Assembly (NCBI RefSeq): GCF_947568905.1
Contig: NC_079172.1
Location: forward strand, 30,070,001 to 30,134,000
Direction of reading: 5' to 3'
Source: Ostrea edulis
Lineage: Eukaryota
Length of the DNA stretch: 64,000 bases
The translations under genes were made by a program, and so were the position numbers. The notes beneath the pieces are model-generated. The model searched no databases. It had not been told where the DNA came from and was given only the letters and a program-made list of their open reading frames with translations. This document shows, piece after piece, positions 13,611 to 23,989 of this stretch (position 1 is its first letter; every line of letters starts with the position of its first letter).

Positions 13611-14963
13611 CGAACAATAATACAGTATACATATATAAACAAATGATGATTACACATTATATTGACAACTGTATTACTTATGTTTTCACTTGTCTGAAAA
13701 CATTGAGTGTTAATGACAATTTTATAGATTTACATTTCCAATGATTTTGTCGTTGGTATCTTTACATGAACGCGCTGCGGGTGTAAACATGCGTATATAC
13801 GTATATATATTATACATATACAACTACATATACTTGATAAATATATAGCCTATTTAAGCGGCTAGTTATTCCGAGAGAAATGATTTGAGTAATGTGTGTT
13901 GCCCCAGACTGAGAGACAATCATCAGTTGTATACAAAGACATAATGTATGAATTGTGGAAAAGCTTCCGTGGTTGGATCGAATGAGGGCAGAGATTTTAA
14001 GCGACAGGGATTTACACACATATGGTCAATATATGAATATTGTACTGCAGCGAGTTATCTAAACATACTTCAAGGATTTTGTTTACGTGTTACTGTGTCT
14101 AGCGGTTGGTTCGATATGCAGAGATGGAAATCTTTTCTGATTTTTTCATATTTCTTCTGATGCGTACGGATCAACAATCGTCGCTTGCTACCCTTACGAA
14201 ATCCGGGATTCTATGACGTGAGTGAACGGAGACAATGGGCGTGGTTTGTGTCGATGACGGACTAACATGCATTTTGTTTTGTGTTGTAGTTATTTGAGAA
14301 CAACCTCTTTCTATATAACCAATAATAAATCGATATTGCATTTTGAAATAGATTGTAAATCTTCGCCAGAAACATGTAAAGGGGTACCTGTAAAGTGCGA
14401 AACGAAATCGAAACGAAACGAAATCTACCGAAACGAAACGAAACCTACCGAAACGAAACCCACCGAAACGAAACGAAACCTACCGAAATGAAACGAAACA
14501 GATTGTATAACCGAACTCTTTTAATTATCATAATTAAAAATGGTATCTTAGGCCCCTGTGAAAGTTACCACATATAACATTCGCCTCCCCTTTGATGTAG
14601 GCTTTCGGCTTGACTGTTACAAAGTTTTAAAAGTTGGAAAAGGGTGGGTGGGGGGGGGGGGGGGGTAAGCACAAAGTACATATCCGTAGTTGATTAAATA
14701 CCATGTACAATTAGTTTTGGATCCATAAATTTCAGAACCGAGGGTTACAGTCTCAGAGATCTGGAGAAACACATTATACGAGGGGTGGGATCGCCGACGT
14801 TGGATCCGCCTTTGGGCATAGATACATTGTTTGAAGAAGCTCGTGTCTGAAAAAATTGAAAGCAGGAAGAGCTCTTAACCTCTTATTTTATCTCTAACTG
14901 CTGAGGTGCGAGTACTTTCAATAATGGAAAAACTCTATACATTTGGGGTGTTGCTAAGACGGG

Positions 14964-15301
14964 AGTAGTATAACGCGTCCCGATAGGGAGTTCAACTGAG
15001 TGCACTTTTTATGCAAATGAGGTCAAGCAAGAGCGTTTTTGATTGGTCAAGCGGTGTCGGGGTCAACGGAGTGCACTAGGACGGGGTCAACCCCAGCAGG
15101 GGTTGTAGAGCGGGTGAATAGACTGGCCTATGGCCGCTGGTCTATGATGCGGTACTTTCGCTTTGAGTTCCTGGAATGAGTTCCTGCTATTTTTCTGAAA
15201 ATCCAGTGAAATCCTGTGTATTAAATCTAAAAGAATAACAGTGTATTAAATCTAAAAGAATAACACAAGGTTTTAAGTTGACATGTTTATTAAAGAACAA
15301 T
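14964..15301 (+). repeat. Left TIR (338 bp)
   Basis: Exact reverse complement of 34725-35062 as read by eye; starts AGTAGTA; contains a 25-bp tandem duplication at 15216-15265. Confidence 0.97.
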
Positions 15302-15407
15302 AGTACAATCCCCAGAGGTGGCACGGTCCCTAGTTTTACCCAGCGCTGTCTACAGGTAATATATATATAAAGCGGCGCGCGGTGCATTGGGTGTCACTTT
15401 CGACATC

Positions 15408-18400
15408 ATGTCAGACAAGTTACCTACTGGACTTCCACGGAGTTATATTGAACAGCGATTGAGATTTTTGAATGATCAGCTGAACAGACAACGGCAGCGT
15501 GAATTACAACTCCGCAGAGAGAATCAACGACGACTACAGTATTTACAGCGGGGAGGGGGGAAAAAGAAACTCATTTCGGATTATTACAAAATTCAACTGG
15601 AACGAGGACGTCAATCACGGAAATTTAAAGTCAAGGAAAATGTCTACAATGTTGCTTTCAAACCTATTCCAGAGAAAGAAAATACAACCTTCATTCGTCG
15701 GCTCTTCCGGGATATGTTAAAAAATGTGAAACAGGAAATGCAGTGCAATCCCAATGATTATCTACGTTTAAATATTCGGCACCCGTCTCTGGATTCAGCT
15801 ATTTGGTACGAATTTACGCAGTCCAATCAGCTCAACGAGGACAAAATTCTGAACAAAATAGAATCCGTCCAGCAATCTAAAAAGGAATTCCTAATCACCG
15901 ACGGGGCAGTGCAGATGGATTTTTTCCATGTCAAATATCCACAAGGCAGCGGGTGCACTAAGAAAAAACATCTACACGTGGATAAGGAGAAATTCAAAAC
16001 CTCTAAGAGAGCGATCGTTCGCATTCAAAATCCTGAGGATTCTCTCTGCTTGTCCCGGGCTATTGTGGTAGCACGTCTACACAGCCAGAAATCAAACGAC
16101 CCGGCATGGGAAACGAAATGGTTACGCATGAGAAAAGGGGATTTCAAAACGCTCGACCAGAAACGAGAAGCGATAGCCTTGATGGAACAAGCTGGGTGTG
16201 TTATGAACCACCCGTGTGGGCCGCGTGAATGGGAGCAATTACAGCACGCGCTCGCCCCACAGTATCGATTGAAAATATTTCAATTCAAAACGAATACAAC
16301 TCGTTTACGACTGGAACCTATTTACAAAGGACCGGGGCACGGGACTTGTTTGAATATCCTGCTGGATAACGAGCATTACGATGCCATTGTGTCTATGGCT
16401 GGAGTGACGGAAAACGGATACTATTGCGATTATTGCGATGTTGGTTACAGTCACATTGAAGATCATCGGACCGTCTGTCCTCATCGATGCTCATTTTGTT
16501 TAGCCGATACCCCCTGTACCCCGGACGGGACTCAGACGAATTGCCCTCATTGTAAGGGATTTTTCAGAAATGCAGCTTGTTACCAGACCCACTTGAAACC
16601 TTACAGCAGTAATACAACAACCACGGTCTGCAGTTTAATGGGGCGGTGTAACCAGTGTCAGAAATGGATGTCCAAGCAATTATTAAAACGCCACGCGTGT
16701 GGGGGTCAAACCGAATGCCGCATCTGTCACAAAGTCGTCACCATGCCTCATCACTGCTTTGTACAGACGAAACCCAAACCTAAGAAAGAAAAAGAAGAAG
16801 AAGAGGAGTTGAAAATATACATTTATTACGATTTCGAATGCAGTCAGGAAAACGGTATTCACATCCCCAATTTATGCGTGGCAGAACGTGTGTGTCAACA
16901 TTGCGACAGTGTGGATATCGACAAGCCCTGTTCTCATTGTGAAGGATTCGGATCACAACGCCGCTTCCTATTTCAAGGACCCGACACGTTAAAACAGTTT
17001 ATGGAATGGCTCTTACAGAGCGAGACCGATGAGCAAGGCCATGTGGAACTCAAACACGATGAAGCCACCATCATTGCCCACAATTTCAAAGGATACGATG
17101 GGCAGTTTATTTTGAATTACCTGGTTCACACGGCGTGTATCAAACCCACCGTCATCCTGAACGGCAGTAAAATCTTATCCATGCAAGTCTTGGGGTTGAG
17201 ATTCATCGATTCTTACAACTTTCTACCCTTTGCTCTTGCCAAGATGCCCTCTGCTTTCGGATTAACGGAATTGAAAAAAGGATATTTCCCGCACTTTTTC
17301 AACACGACAGAGAACCAGCAGTATGTGGGTCCTTACCCGGCCGCTCATTTCTACAATCCTGACGATATGTCCACCGCCAATCGTGAAGCCTTCTATACTT
17401 GGTACCATCAACAAGAGGGCAAAGTCTTTGATTTCCAGAAAGAATTCTTAGCTTACTGCATCTCGGATGTGGATATTTTACGCCGGTGTTGTGCCCATTT
17501 CAAGTCCACCCTGTTTGATCTGGTGGAAGTAGACCCCTTTCAAGAATCCATCACGTTTGCCAGCACGGCTAATTTAGCCTACCGACGAGGATTCATGGTT
17601 GAAAATACCATCGCCATCATTCCCAATATGGGCTACCGGCCAGCACGACGATATTCAGCTAAAGCTTGTCGATGGTTCGCCTGGCTAGAACATCAACATC
17701 ACTGCATACGACATGCTAGAAATGGGGGCGAAGTCACGCTTGGACCCTATACAGTAGATGGATATGATGAGGAATCTCGTATCGTGTACGAATTCTATGG
17801 CTGTTACTGGCACGGTTGTCCCACCTGTTTCCCGAATCTGTTGACTGACATGCATCCTCATCGTGTTCAGCATACGTATCAAGACCTCTACCTGGACACC
17901 TTAAAACGAGCCAGTGCTTTAGAAGACCAAGGCTATACAGTCGTGAGCATATGGGAACACGAGTTTGATCGTCAGACCCAGACCAATCCCGACTTACAGG
18001 AATTTTTACAAGGAGTCGATATACAAGATCCTTTGAATCCCCGTGACGCTTTGTACGGAGGCCGGACCAATGCTACACGACTGTATTGTGAGGAGGGTGA
18101 CATGCGATACGTGGATGTCTGTTCCCTGTACCCGTACGTGTTGAAATACAAGCCATTTCCCGTCCAACATCCCCAAGTCATCACCAGCCATTTCACCGAT
18201 GTCAGAGACTATTTCGGGCTCATTCGTTGTCGTGTCCTCCCACCCCGAGAGCTGTATCACCCCGTATTACCTTACAAGACCGGGGGTAAATTACTCTTTC
18301 CCTTATGCCGCACCTGTGTGGAACAGCGCAACTTAGGACCCGACGAGCGGTGCCAGCACACCGATTCTGAACGCAGTCTCACGGGCACCTGGGTGACCAC

Positions 18401-19370
18401 CGAACTTCACAAAGCATTAGATCTAGGCTATCGTCTCGACCGCATTTACGAAGTTTGGCATTTTGAGAAAACCAGTGACCACTTATTTCGAGCGTATATC
18501 AACACCTTTTTGAAAATTAAACAAGAAGCTTCCGGATTCCCCGAGGATTGTCAAACAGCCCAACAGCAGCAACATTACATTGAGGAAATTCAGCAACGAG
18601 AAGGCATTGCCATGAATCCGGCAGACATCCAGAAAAATCCGGTCCGAAGAACCATTGCCAAACTCTTTTTAAATTGTTTGTGGGGAAAATTTGCTCAACG
18701 ATTACAATTACCCAAATCCCTGTATCTCACGGAAGAAGAAGAATTACAACAGAAATTACAAGATGCCACTTTAGAAGTCAAAGGCATCGAACTCTTAGAA
18801 AATCGTGAACGCCCCGAATGTGATATGATGCTGATCAATTATCAGGAGAAAGAAGAATTTTTAGAAGACTGTCCCTTTGGAAACGTGGTGCTGGCGTGTT
18901 TTACAACAGCTCATGCTCGTTTACATTTGTACGAGACGTTACAGCCTTTGGGAGAGCGTGTCTTATACTTTGACACGGATAGTATCATCTATCAGCACGA
19001 CGAGACCCAGTTCAATCCGACCATTATCAACAGTTTAGGCGGCTGGACCGATGAATTGGGTGGAGATCGTATCATCAAGTACATGTCGGGCGGGCCCAAA
19101 AATTATGCATACGAGACCCAGGGGGGAAAATCTGTCTGCAAAGTCAAAGGATTGACACTCAATTATCGTGCCTCTAGAGTCGTGTCTCTCGATACGTTGG
19201 AAAAAATGTTAAAAGGAGAAGAAGAAGAAGTCCATGTCAGCTATCCGCACTTTATTCAACGAACCCGCCAACATGATGTGCGAACCATTCCTCTGGTGAA
19301 GAAATACCGCATGGTGTATGATAAACGTCAACGTATTCATAACTATGACACGCTGCCTTACGGGTATTAA
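15408..19370 (+). CDS. pPolB: Protein-primed family B DNA polymerase with N-terminal terminal-protein region, Cys-rich Zn region and Vsr-like nuclease insert (1320 aa)
   Basis: ExoI YYDFEC, ExoII AHNFKGYDG, ExoIII YCISDV, pol motifs YVDVCSLYP, KLFLNCLWGKF, LYFDTDS, PKNY; insert VDGY..YEFYGCYWHGCP; TATA at ~15364. Confidence 0.97.
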   Translation: MSDKLPTGLPRSYIEQRLRFLNDQLNRQRQRELQLRRENQRRLQYLQRGGGKKKLISDYYKIQLERGRQSRKFKVKENVYNVAFKPIPEKENTTFIRRLFRDMLKNVKQEMQCNPNDYLRLNIRHPSLDSAIWYEFTQSNQLNEDKILNKIESVQQSKKEFLITDGAVQMDFFHVKYPQGSGCTKKKHLHVDKEKFKTSKRAIVRIQNPEDSLCLSRAIVVARLHSQKSNDPAWETKWLRMRKGDFKTLDQKREAIALMEQAGCVMNHPCGPREWEQLQHALAPQYRLKIFQFKTNTTRLRLEPIYKGPGHGTCLNILLDNEHYDAIVSMAGVTENGYYCDYCDVGYSHIEDHRTVCPHRCSFCLADTPCTPDGTQTNCPHCKGFFRNAACYQTHLKPYSSNTTTTVCSLMGRCNQCQKWMSKQLLKRHACGGQTECRICHKVVTMPHHCFVQTKPKPKKEKEEEEELKIYIYYDFECSQENGIHIPNLCVAERVCQHCDSVDIDKPCSHCEGFGSQRRFLFQGPDTLKQFMEWLLQSETDEQGHVELKHDEATIIAHNFKGYDGQFILNYLVHTACIKPTVILNGSKILSMQVLGLRFIDSYNFLPFALAKMPSAFGLTELKKGYFPHFFNTTENQQYVGPYPAAHFYNPDDMSTANREAFYTWYHQQEGKVFDFQKEFLAYCISDVDILRRCCAHFKSTLFDLVEVDPFQESITFASTANLAYRRGFMVENTIAIIPNMGYRPARRYSAKACRWFAWLEHQHHCIRHARNGGEVTLGPYTVDGYDEESRIVYEFYGCYWHGCPTCFPNLLTDMHPHRVQHTYQDLYLDTLKRASALEDQGYTVVSIWEHEFDRQTQTNPDLQEFLQGVDIQDPLNPRDALYGGRTNATRLYCEEGDMRYVDVCSLYPYVLKYKPFPVQHPQVITSHFTDVRDYFGLIRCRVLPPRELYHPVLPYKTGGKLLFPLCRTCVEQRNLGPDERCQHTDSERSLTGTWVTTELHKALDLGYRLDRIYEVWHFEKTSDHLFRAYINTFLKIKQEASGFPEDCQTAQQQQHYIEEIQQREGIAMNPADIQKNPVRRTIAKLFLNCLWGKFAQRLQLPKSLYLTEEEELQQKLQDATLEVKGIELLENRERPECDMMLINYQEKEEFLEDCPFGNVVLACFTTAHARLHLYETLQPLGERVLYFDTDSIIYQHDETQFNPTIINSLGGWTDELGGDRIIKYMSGGPKNYAYETQGGKSVCKVKGLTLNYRASRVVSLDTLEKMLKGEEEEVHVSYPHFIQRTRQHDVRTIPLVKKYRMVYDKRQRIHNYDTLPYGY

Positions 19371-19405
19371 AAAGGACATGCTAGAGAAAACCATCAGTCG
19401 GCAAA

Positions 19406-19933
19406 ATGACGGACTACGAATCACTACATAACCCGGGTACACCACGTTATGCTCTACTGTCAGATCGAGTAACGTCGTTTGAAAATGCTCCCGAACACTT
19501 GCAGAACCTATTACCTACCATTGCAGAAGCGGGATACTTTTACAAAGGGTACGGGGATAACACGTGCTGTTTTTATTGCAACTTTGGACTTCACCATTGG
19601 GGAGCTGTCGACAATCCTTGGATACAACATGCTTATTGGTATCCTCACTGTCCTTACCTGAAGTGTAATAAGGGTAAACAATGGGTACGACAAGCCTTCA
19701 ATGCCTATGCCCGCGCTAAAGACAGTGGTTGCGATTGGGAAGGCTTACCCTTAGACGCGGCAGGGAATCCAATGTGTACCCAGAAATGTCACATTTGTTT
19801 AGAACGAGACTTGAGAATTGCTTTTTTACCTTGTGGTCATTTATGTACTTGTGCTATATGTGCTACGGGACTGAAACAATGTCCTATTTGTAGACATAGT
19901 GTTGAGCAAGCTGTACGTATTTTTATTTGTTAA
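19406..19933 (+). CDS. iap: Inhibitor of apoptosis (single BIR + C-terminal RING), 175 aa
   Basis: BIR RVTSF..AEAGYFY..CFYC..LHHW..D.PW.QH...PHCPYL; RING CHIC..LPCGHLCTCAIC..CPICR. Confidence 0.95.
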   Translation: MTDYESLHNPGTPRYALLSDRVTSFENAPEHLQNLLPTIAEAGYFYKGYGDNTCCFYCNFGLHHWGAVDNPWIQHAYWYPHCPYLKCNKGKQWVRQAFNAYARAKDSGCDWEGLPLDAAGNPMCTQKCHICLERDLRIAFLPCGHLCTCAICATGLKQCPICRHSVEQAVRIFIC

Positions 19934-19973
19934 TAAATATGTATGATCCCATGAACTTGTGTCATTTATCAAG

Positions 19974-20612
19974 ATGTATACCTACGAGACACTTGAACCT
20001 TTTCAGTTGAAACATGAATTTACCATGGTGGTGGCTGGACCCTCTAAATCGGGTAAAACAGAATTTGTCAAGCAACTGGTGCAAAATACACAGTGGATTG
20101 CACCGCCTCCCGAAAAGATAGTATGGTGTTATCGAGAATGGCAGTCCGCGTACGAATCCTTACAGGACAAGGTCACTTTTATCCGCAATATACCTCAAGA
20201 CGATGAGCAGATAGTGGCGGATCTCAGTACGCGTCATCTACTCATTTTTGATGATATGATGGGAGGTAAAGCCATCGAATCGATTGTCGACTGGTTTACG
20301 CGCAAAGCGCATCATCGCAATACCAGTGTCATTTATATCACACAAAATCTGTTTGATCGAGCAGTACAACATCGTACCATCAGTCTGAATGCTCACTATC
20401 TCGTGCTGTTTAAAAATCCTCGAGATAAATCTCAGATTGGGGTGTTAAGTCGGCAATTACAAATGCCGCATTTACTTCCAGCCTATGAGGACGCCACCCG
20501 TGTACCTCACGGGTATTTACTAGTGGACTTGAGTCCTCAGACGTCGGACGATTTAAGATTAAGAAGTCAACTCTTTACCAACTTGGCTGTGCACATGCCC
20601 CCGAGAGTATAA
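19974..20612 (+). CDS. A32-like FtsK/HerA DNA packaging ATPase
   Basis: Walker A GPSKSGKT, Walker B LLIFDD, ITQN and LNAHYLVLFKNPRD motifs. Confidence 0.95.
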   Translation: MYTYETLEPFQLKHEFTMVVAGPSKSGKTEFVKQLVQNTQWIAPPPEKIVWCYREWQSAYESLQDKVTFIRNIPQDDEQIVADLSTRHLLIFDDMMGGKAIESIVDWFTRKAHHRNTSVIYITQNLFDRAVQHRTISLNAHYLVLFKNPRDKSQIGVLSRQLQMPHLLPAYEDATRVPHGYLLVDLSPQTSDDLRLRSQLFTNLAVHMPPRV

Positions 20613-20661
20613 ATAATGTCACATCATGGGCAGGTGTATCATTCGAAAGACAATCTTCATC

Positions 20662-21534
20662 ATGGGTAGACCTTCCGCGAAGAGTAAATTAGTCAAAACG
20701 TTACGCCGTTTACAACGGGAACGGGATCCCGTTCAACGGAGCCATCTCATTGAATTAGGACGTAGAGCCTTACTCAACTGGTTTGCGATGGGCGCTCGAA
20801 ATTTATTGCGAGGCGTCTTACCAGGCAATAAAATCACTCAGCGGTTCATTCAATCCCATCGCCAAGACTTGAGTGTCATTGCCGATAAGAAGTCCAATGA
20901 AGAAGAGCGTAAAAAAGCCATTTTGAAACGAGGAGGCGCCGGATTCTTAGGAGGGACCATTATCCGTCATTTATTCAAATGGGAAACAGGCCGTAGGCCC
21001 CGTGGGGGACAACCCAAGAAAACCAAGAAACCACGGGCTAAGAAAGCTAAAAAATCGCCTCAGAGAATTCCTAAACTCATTATTCGCTTACCTAAGAAGA
21101 CACCTAAGAAATCCCCTAAGAAGTCCCCTAAGAAGACACCTCTCAGGATGAAGAATCCGTTTCCCAATTGGGCTCCAAAGAAAACCCCTCTCATTGTGAA
21201 GATGCCGTTTCCCAAGGCCACTCCCCCCAAGGCCACTAAAACGTTAGCCAATCTGAAAGCCGGATTAGCTCAAAAGAAAATGGAACGACCCATGCATGGA
21301 CCTATAGGAAGTTCCAGAACCAGTGATACTGCTCTACCGAGTTTTGCTCATACCTTTGGAAGCATGAAATTTCAACCCTTAACCACCTCAACACCGGTTC
21401 AGGTGCAAAAGAAATATAAATGTAAATTTTGCCCTCTGGTCTTCAATGCGAGAGAGAACCGCAATCGTCACGAAGAGACCGTCCATCACAAGCGTTTTGA
21501 TCCTAAACATCCGAGTGCCATTGTCCTGGACTAG
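20662..21534 (+). CDS. Basic core-like protein: conserved Maverick N-domain, GG-FL site, SPKK/TPKK repeats, C-terminal C2H2 finger (alternative start 20626)
   Basis: KRGGAGFLGG; KKTPKKSPKKSPKKTP; CKFC-x12-H-x4-H; TATA 20608 and TCATTC at 20639 favour the 20662 ATG. Confidence 0.8.
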   Translation: MGRPSAKSKLVKTLRRLQRERDPVQRSHLIELGRRALLNWFAMGARNLLRGVLPGNKITQRFIQSHRQDLSVIADKKSNEEERKKAILKRGGAGFLGGTIIRHLFKWETGRRPRGGQPKKTKKPRAKKAKKSPQRIPKLIIRLPKKTPKKSPKKSPKKTPLRMKNPFPNWAPKKTPLIVKMPFPKATPPKATKTLANLKAGLAQKKMERPMHGPIGSSRTSDTALPSFAHTFGSMKFQPLTTSTPVQVQKKYKCKFCPLVFNARENRNRHEETVHHKRFDPKHPSAIVLD

Positions 21535-21574
21535 GTATAAAAAGGAGGGGGAAGGGGCCCCACCCTTCATTACC

Positions 21575-21904
21575 ATGGCTCATACGAAGAAGTGTGAATG
21601 TCGATTACGACCTCATTTACCGCTCTTGCAGACGTTAGCGGCTCCTCACTATTCCAGCAAATTAAAGACAGAGGTGTTGAAACATTGTTCCAATGACTGC
21701 ATTTTAAAGATTTGTGAGATTGTGTACAATCTATTAAAAGGGGTGATTCCTCTCAATCCTACTCAGAAGCGACAACTGGGTCGAAAGAAACACATCTTAA
21801 GACGCTTAGTCCGGACTCAACCCGTGAAAAAACGACGAGGTATACTCATCCACCAAAAAGGATTGGGTTCGTTTGTGTGTGGCAAGATTTGTAAGAAATC
21901 ATGA
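21575..21904 (+). CDS. Conserved small basic Maverick protein (PW-like, name tentative), 109 aa
   Basis: ICEIVYNLLKGVIPL...QKGLG; TATAAAAGG at 21536. Confidence 0.8.
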   Translation: MAHTKKCECRLRPHLPLLQTLAAPHYSSKLKTEVLKHCSNDCILKICEIVYNLLKGVIPLNPTQKRQLGRKKHILRRLVRTQPVKKRRGILIHQKGLGSFVCGKICKKS

Positions 21905-22668
21905 GTCGAAAAATGGTATTGGTACCGGAAGCGATGCTCAACGAATTAAAAGGCAAATTACCTAAACCTCCCGAATTTACCTCGACTATTGGTTTACGCA
22001 GTGATTTGGACGAGATTGAACATCGAGATGATTTAACCGAGAAAGAAAAAGTGGGGTTGTACGGGCATCAACTTCATCGCTATCGTCAATATTTACAACA
22101 AGCTCGACATCCCAACCCAGCCACTCGGCCCTCCCCAACCAGTGCAGCCAGTGCCACCTCACCACCCACAACCGCCGCAGCACCCGATGACTTGGAGGAA
22201 CAGATTATCAAAAGCGTCAATAAACCGGGTCGAAAGAAAGCAGGTTTATTACTCGATCATCTCAAGAAATCCAAAGTGGTGACTTGGAATAAAGAAGGAG
22301 AAATCAGCTATAGAGGACGCAGGGTTCCCGATTCCAATATTGTGGATTTAATGACCGAAGCCCAACGACAAAGACCCTTAAGACATCGTGATCCCCCCAC
22401 GGGATTAGAGGAATTTGCTCAAGCGTTAAAAGAGACTCATGCTCCCAAAGGATATGTGAACAATCGGGATGTTATAAAAGCCATGGACAAACCAGGGAAA
22501 ATCAGTACGCCTAGACCTCTAGAGGAAGAGGAGAGCGGATTTCAAGAAATCTCGGGTTTTGACCAATCGTTCTATGAAACTCCCAGACGAATGATGACCC
22601 CTAAAAATATCTGGGAGGCCAGTAAAAAGACATCACGTGAAATTGGAAAATGGTTAAATCTACCATGA
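21901..22668 (+). CDS. Conserved Maverick protein upstream of integrase, function unknown
   Basis: KMVLVP start; LLLDHL..WNKEGEI..G..VPDSNIVDL motif typical of Maverick ORFs. Confidence 0.8.
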   Translation: MSRKMVLVPEAMLNELKGKLPKPPEFTSTIGLRSDLDEIEHRDDLTEKEKVGLYGHQLHRYRQYLQQARHPNPATRPSPTSAASATSPPTTAAAPDDLEEQIIKSVNKPGRKKAGLLLDHLKKSKVVTWNKEGEISYRGRRVPDSNIVDLMTEAQRQRPLRHRDPPTGLEEFAQALKETHAPKGYVNNRDVIKAMDKPGKISTPRPLEEEESGFQEISGFDQSFYETPRRMMTPKNIWEASKKTSREIGKWLNLP

Positions 22669-23735
22669 AAGCAGAACAGATCTTACAGCGACTGTATTAC
22701 GATCCCAAGACAGGGTATGGGGGAGTCCAGGCGTTGTATCGTCAAGTGCGTCAATTAGGACACAAGATTACCCTGTCTCAAATTCGAGAATGGGTGAAAG
22801 CTCAAGATACCTATACCTTGCATAAACCGATACGGAGGAAATTCAAGCGACGACAAACACGAGTGACGGATATGGATGAACAATGGCAATTAGATTTAGC
22901 CGATGTCTCCAGCTTGAAACAAGACAATAATGGGTATACGTTTTTATTATGTGCCATTGACGTGCTGTCTAAATATGCCTGGGTCGTGCCTTTAAAACAG
23001 AAAACGGGTAAAGAAATGATACGAGGCTTACGAGGGATTTTTCGAGAGGGACGTCGCCCCGTCCGCATTCAGTCCGATCAAGGAAAAGAATTTACCAATA
23101 AAGAATTTCGTCAAGCCTTCAAATCCATTCATTTCTTTACGACCCGTAATGCCGAAACCAAAGCCAGTATTGTGGAACGTTTTCAACGCACGCTGAAAGC
23201 ACGCATGTGGCGGTATTTTACACGTCATAAAACACGACGGTATGTCGATGTCTTGGGGGATCTGGTGTATGGTTACAATCATACCTATCATCGCAGTATC
23301 CGGCGAGCTCCTGCTCAAGTCAATGCCAAGAATGTCTTGACCGTATGGAAAACCTTGTATGGAAAACAGAGTGCCGATACCGCGAGTCGCTTGCAAGTGG
23401 GGGATCGTGTACGCATTAGTAAAGCCAAACGTACGTTTGAAAAAGGATATTTACCGAATTGGACCAAAGAGCTGTTTACCATCTCTAGAAAAGTGCCAGG
23501 ACGAAACGTCTATCGCATTCAAGATGATCACGGGGAAGAATTAGAAGGAACGTTTTACGAGAAGGAATTACAACAAGTGATTAAAGACGATGATGTCTAT
23601 GAAGTGGAAGAAATCTTAGGGTATAAAAAGCGGCGTGTGGGAAAAAAAGTCATTTCAGAAGTCAAAGTGCGTTGGAAAGGATATCCTCCCAGTTTTGATT
23701 CATGGATTCCGCAAGCGGATCTCATTCGGCCATGA
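22665..23735 (+). CDS. int: Retroviral-like DDE integrase with C-terminal chromodomain
   Basis: WQLDLAD, QSDQGKEF, VERFQRTLK; chromo YEVEEIL..VRWKGYPPSFDSWIP. Confidence 0.96.
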   Translation: MKAEQILQRLYYDPKTGYGGVQALYRQVRQLGHKITLSQIREWVKAQDTYTLHKPIRRKFKRRQTRVTDMDEQWQLDLADVSSLKQDNNGYTFLLCAIDVLSKYAWVVPLKQKTGKEMIRGLRGIFREGRRPVRIQSDQGKEFTNKEFRQAFKSIHFFTTRNAETKASIVERFQRTLKARMWRYFTRHKTRRYVDVLGDLVYGYNHTYHRSIRRAPAQVNAKNVLTVWKTLYGKQSADTASRLQVGDRVRISKAKRTFEKGYLPNWTKELFTISRKVPGRNVYRIQDDHGEELEGTFYEKELQQVIKDDDVYEVEEILGYKKRRVGKKVISEVKVRWKGYPPSFDSWIPQADLIRP

Positions 23736-23989
23736 CCAACCAGTGGACTTTCTTGGGTGAAAAAGTCCCTCGAGCAGAAATTGTGTATTTTGCACAATTA
23801 TTCCTGTGTTTAACCATCATTATCACCTCGGTCGTCATGTTAGCCTTAGGCGATCCCAATCGCGATTTTTGGATGGTCACCTTAAGTTCTTTGGTGGGCT
23901 ACGTCATGCCTAGTCCACAAATGACGTTAGCGAGCCCGAGTATAAAACAGGAACGATCTTCTTCAGATTCATCAGTTCACCATGGCTAA
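23732..23989 (+). CDS. Small two-TM membrane protein (85 aa)
   Basis: Hydrophobic IVYFAQLFLCLTIIITSVVMLAL and FWMVTLSSLVGYVMPSP; ATG overlaps the integrase stop. Confidence 0.75.
   Translation: MTNQWTFLGEKVPRAEIVYFAQLFLCLTIIITSVVMLALGDPNRDFWMVTLSSLVGYVMPSPQMTLASPSIKQERSSSDSSVHHG

Noticed and set aside
14267-14577. ETKRN-repeat ORFs (also 35555-35878)
   Set aside because: Translations of the GAAAC repeats in the foldback arms
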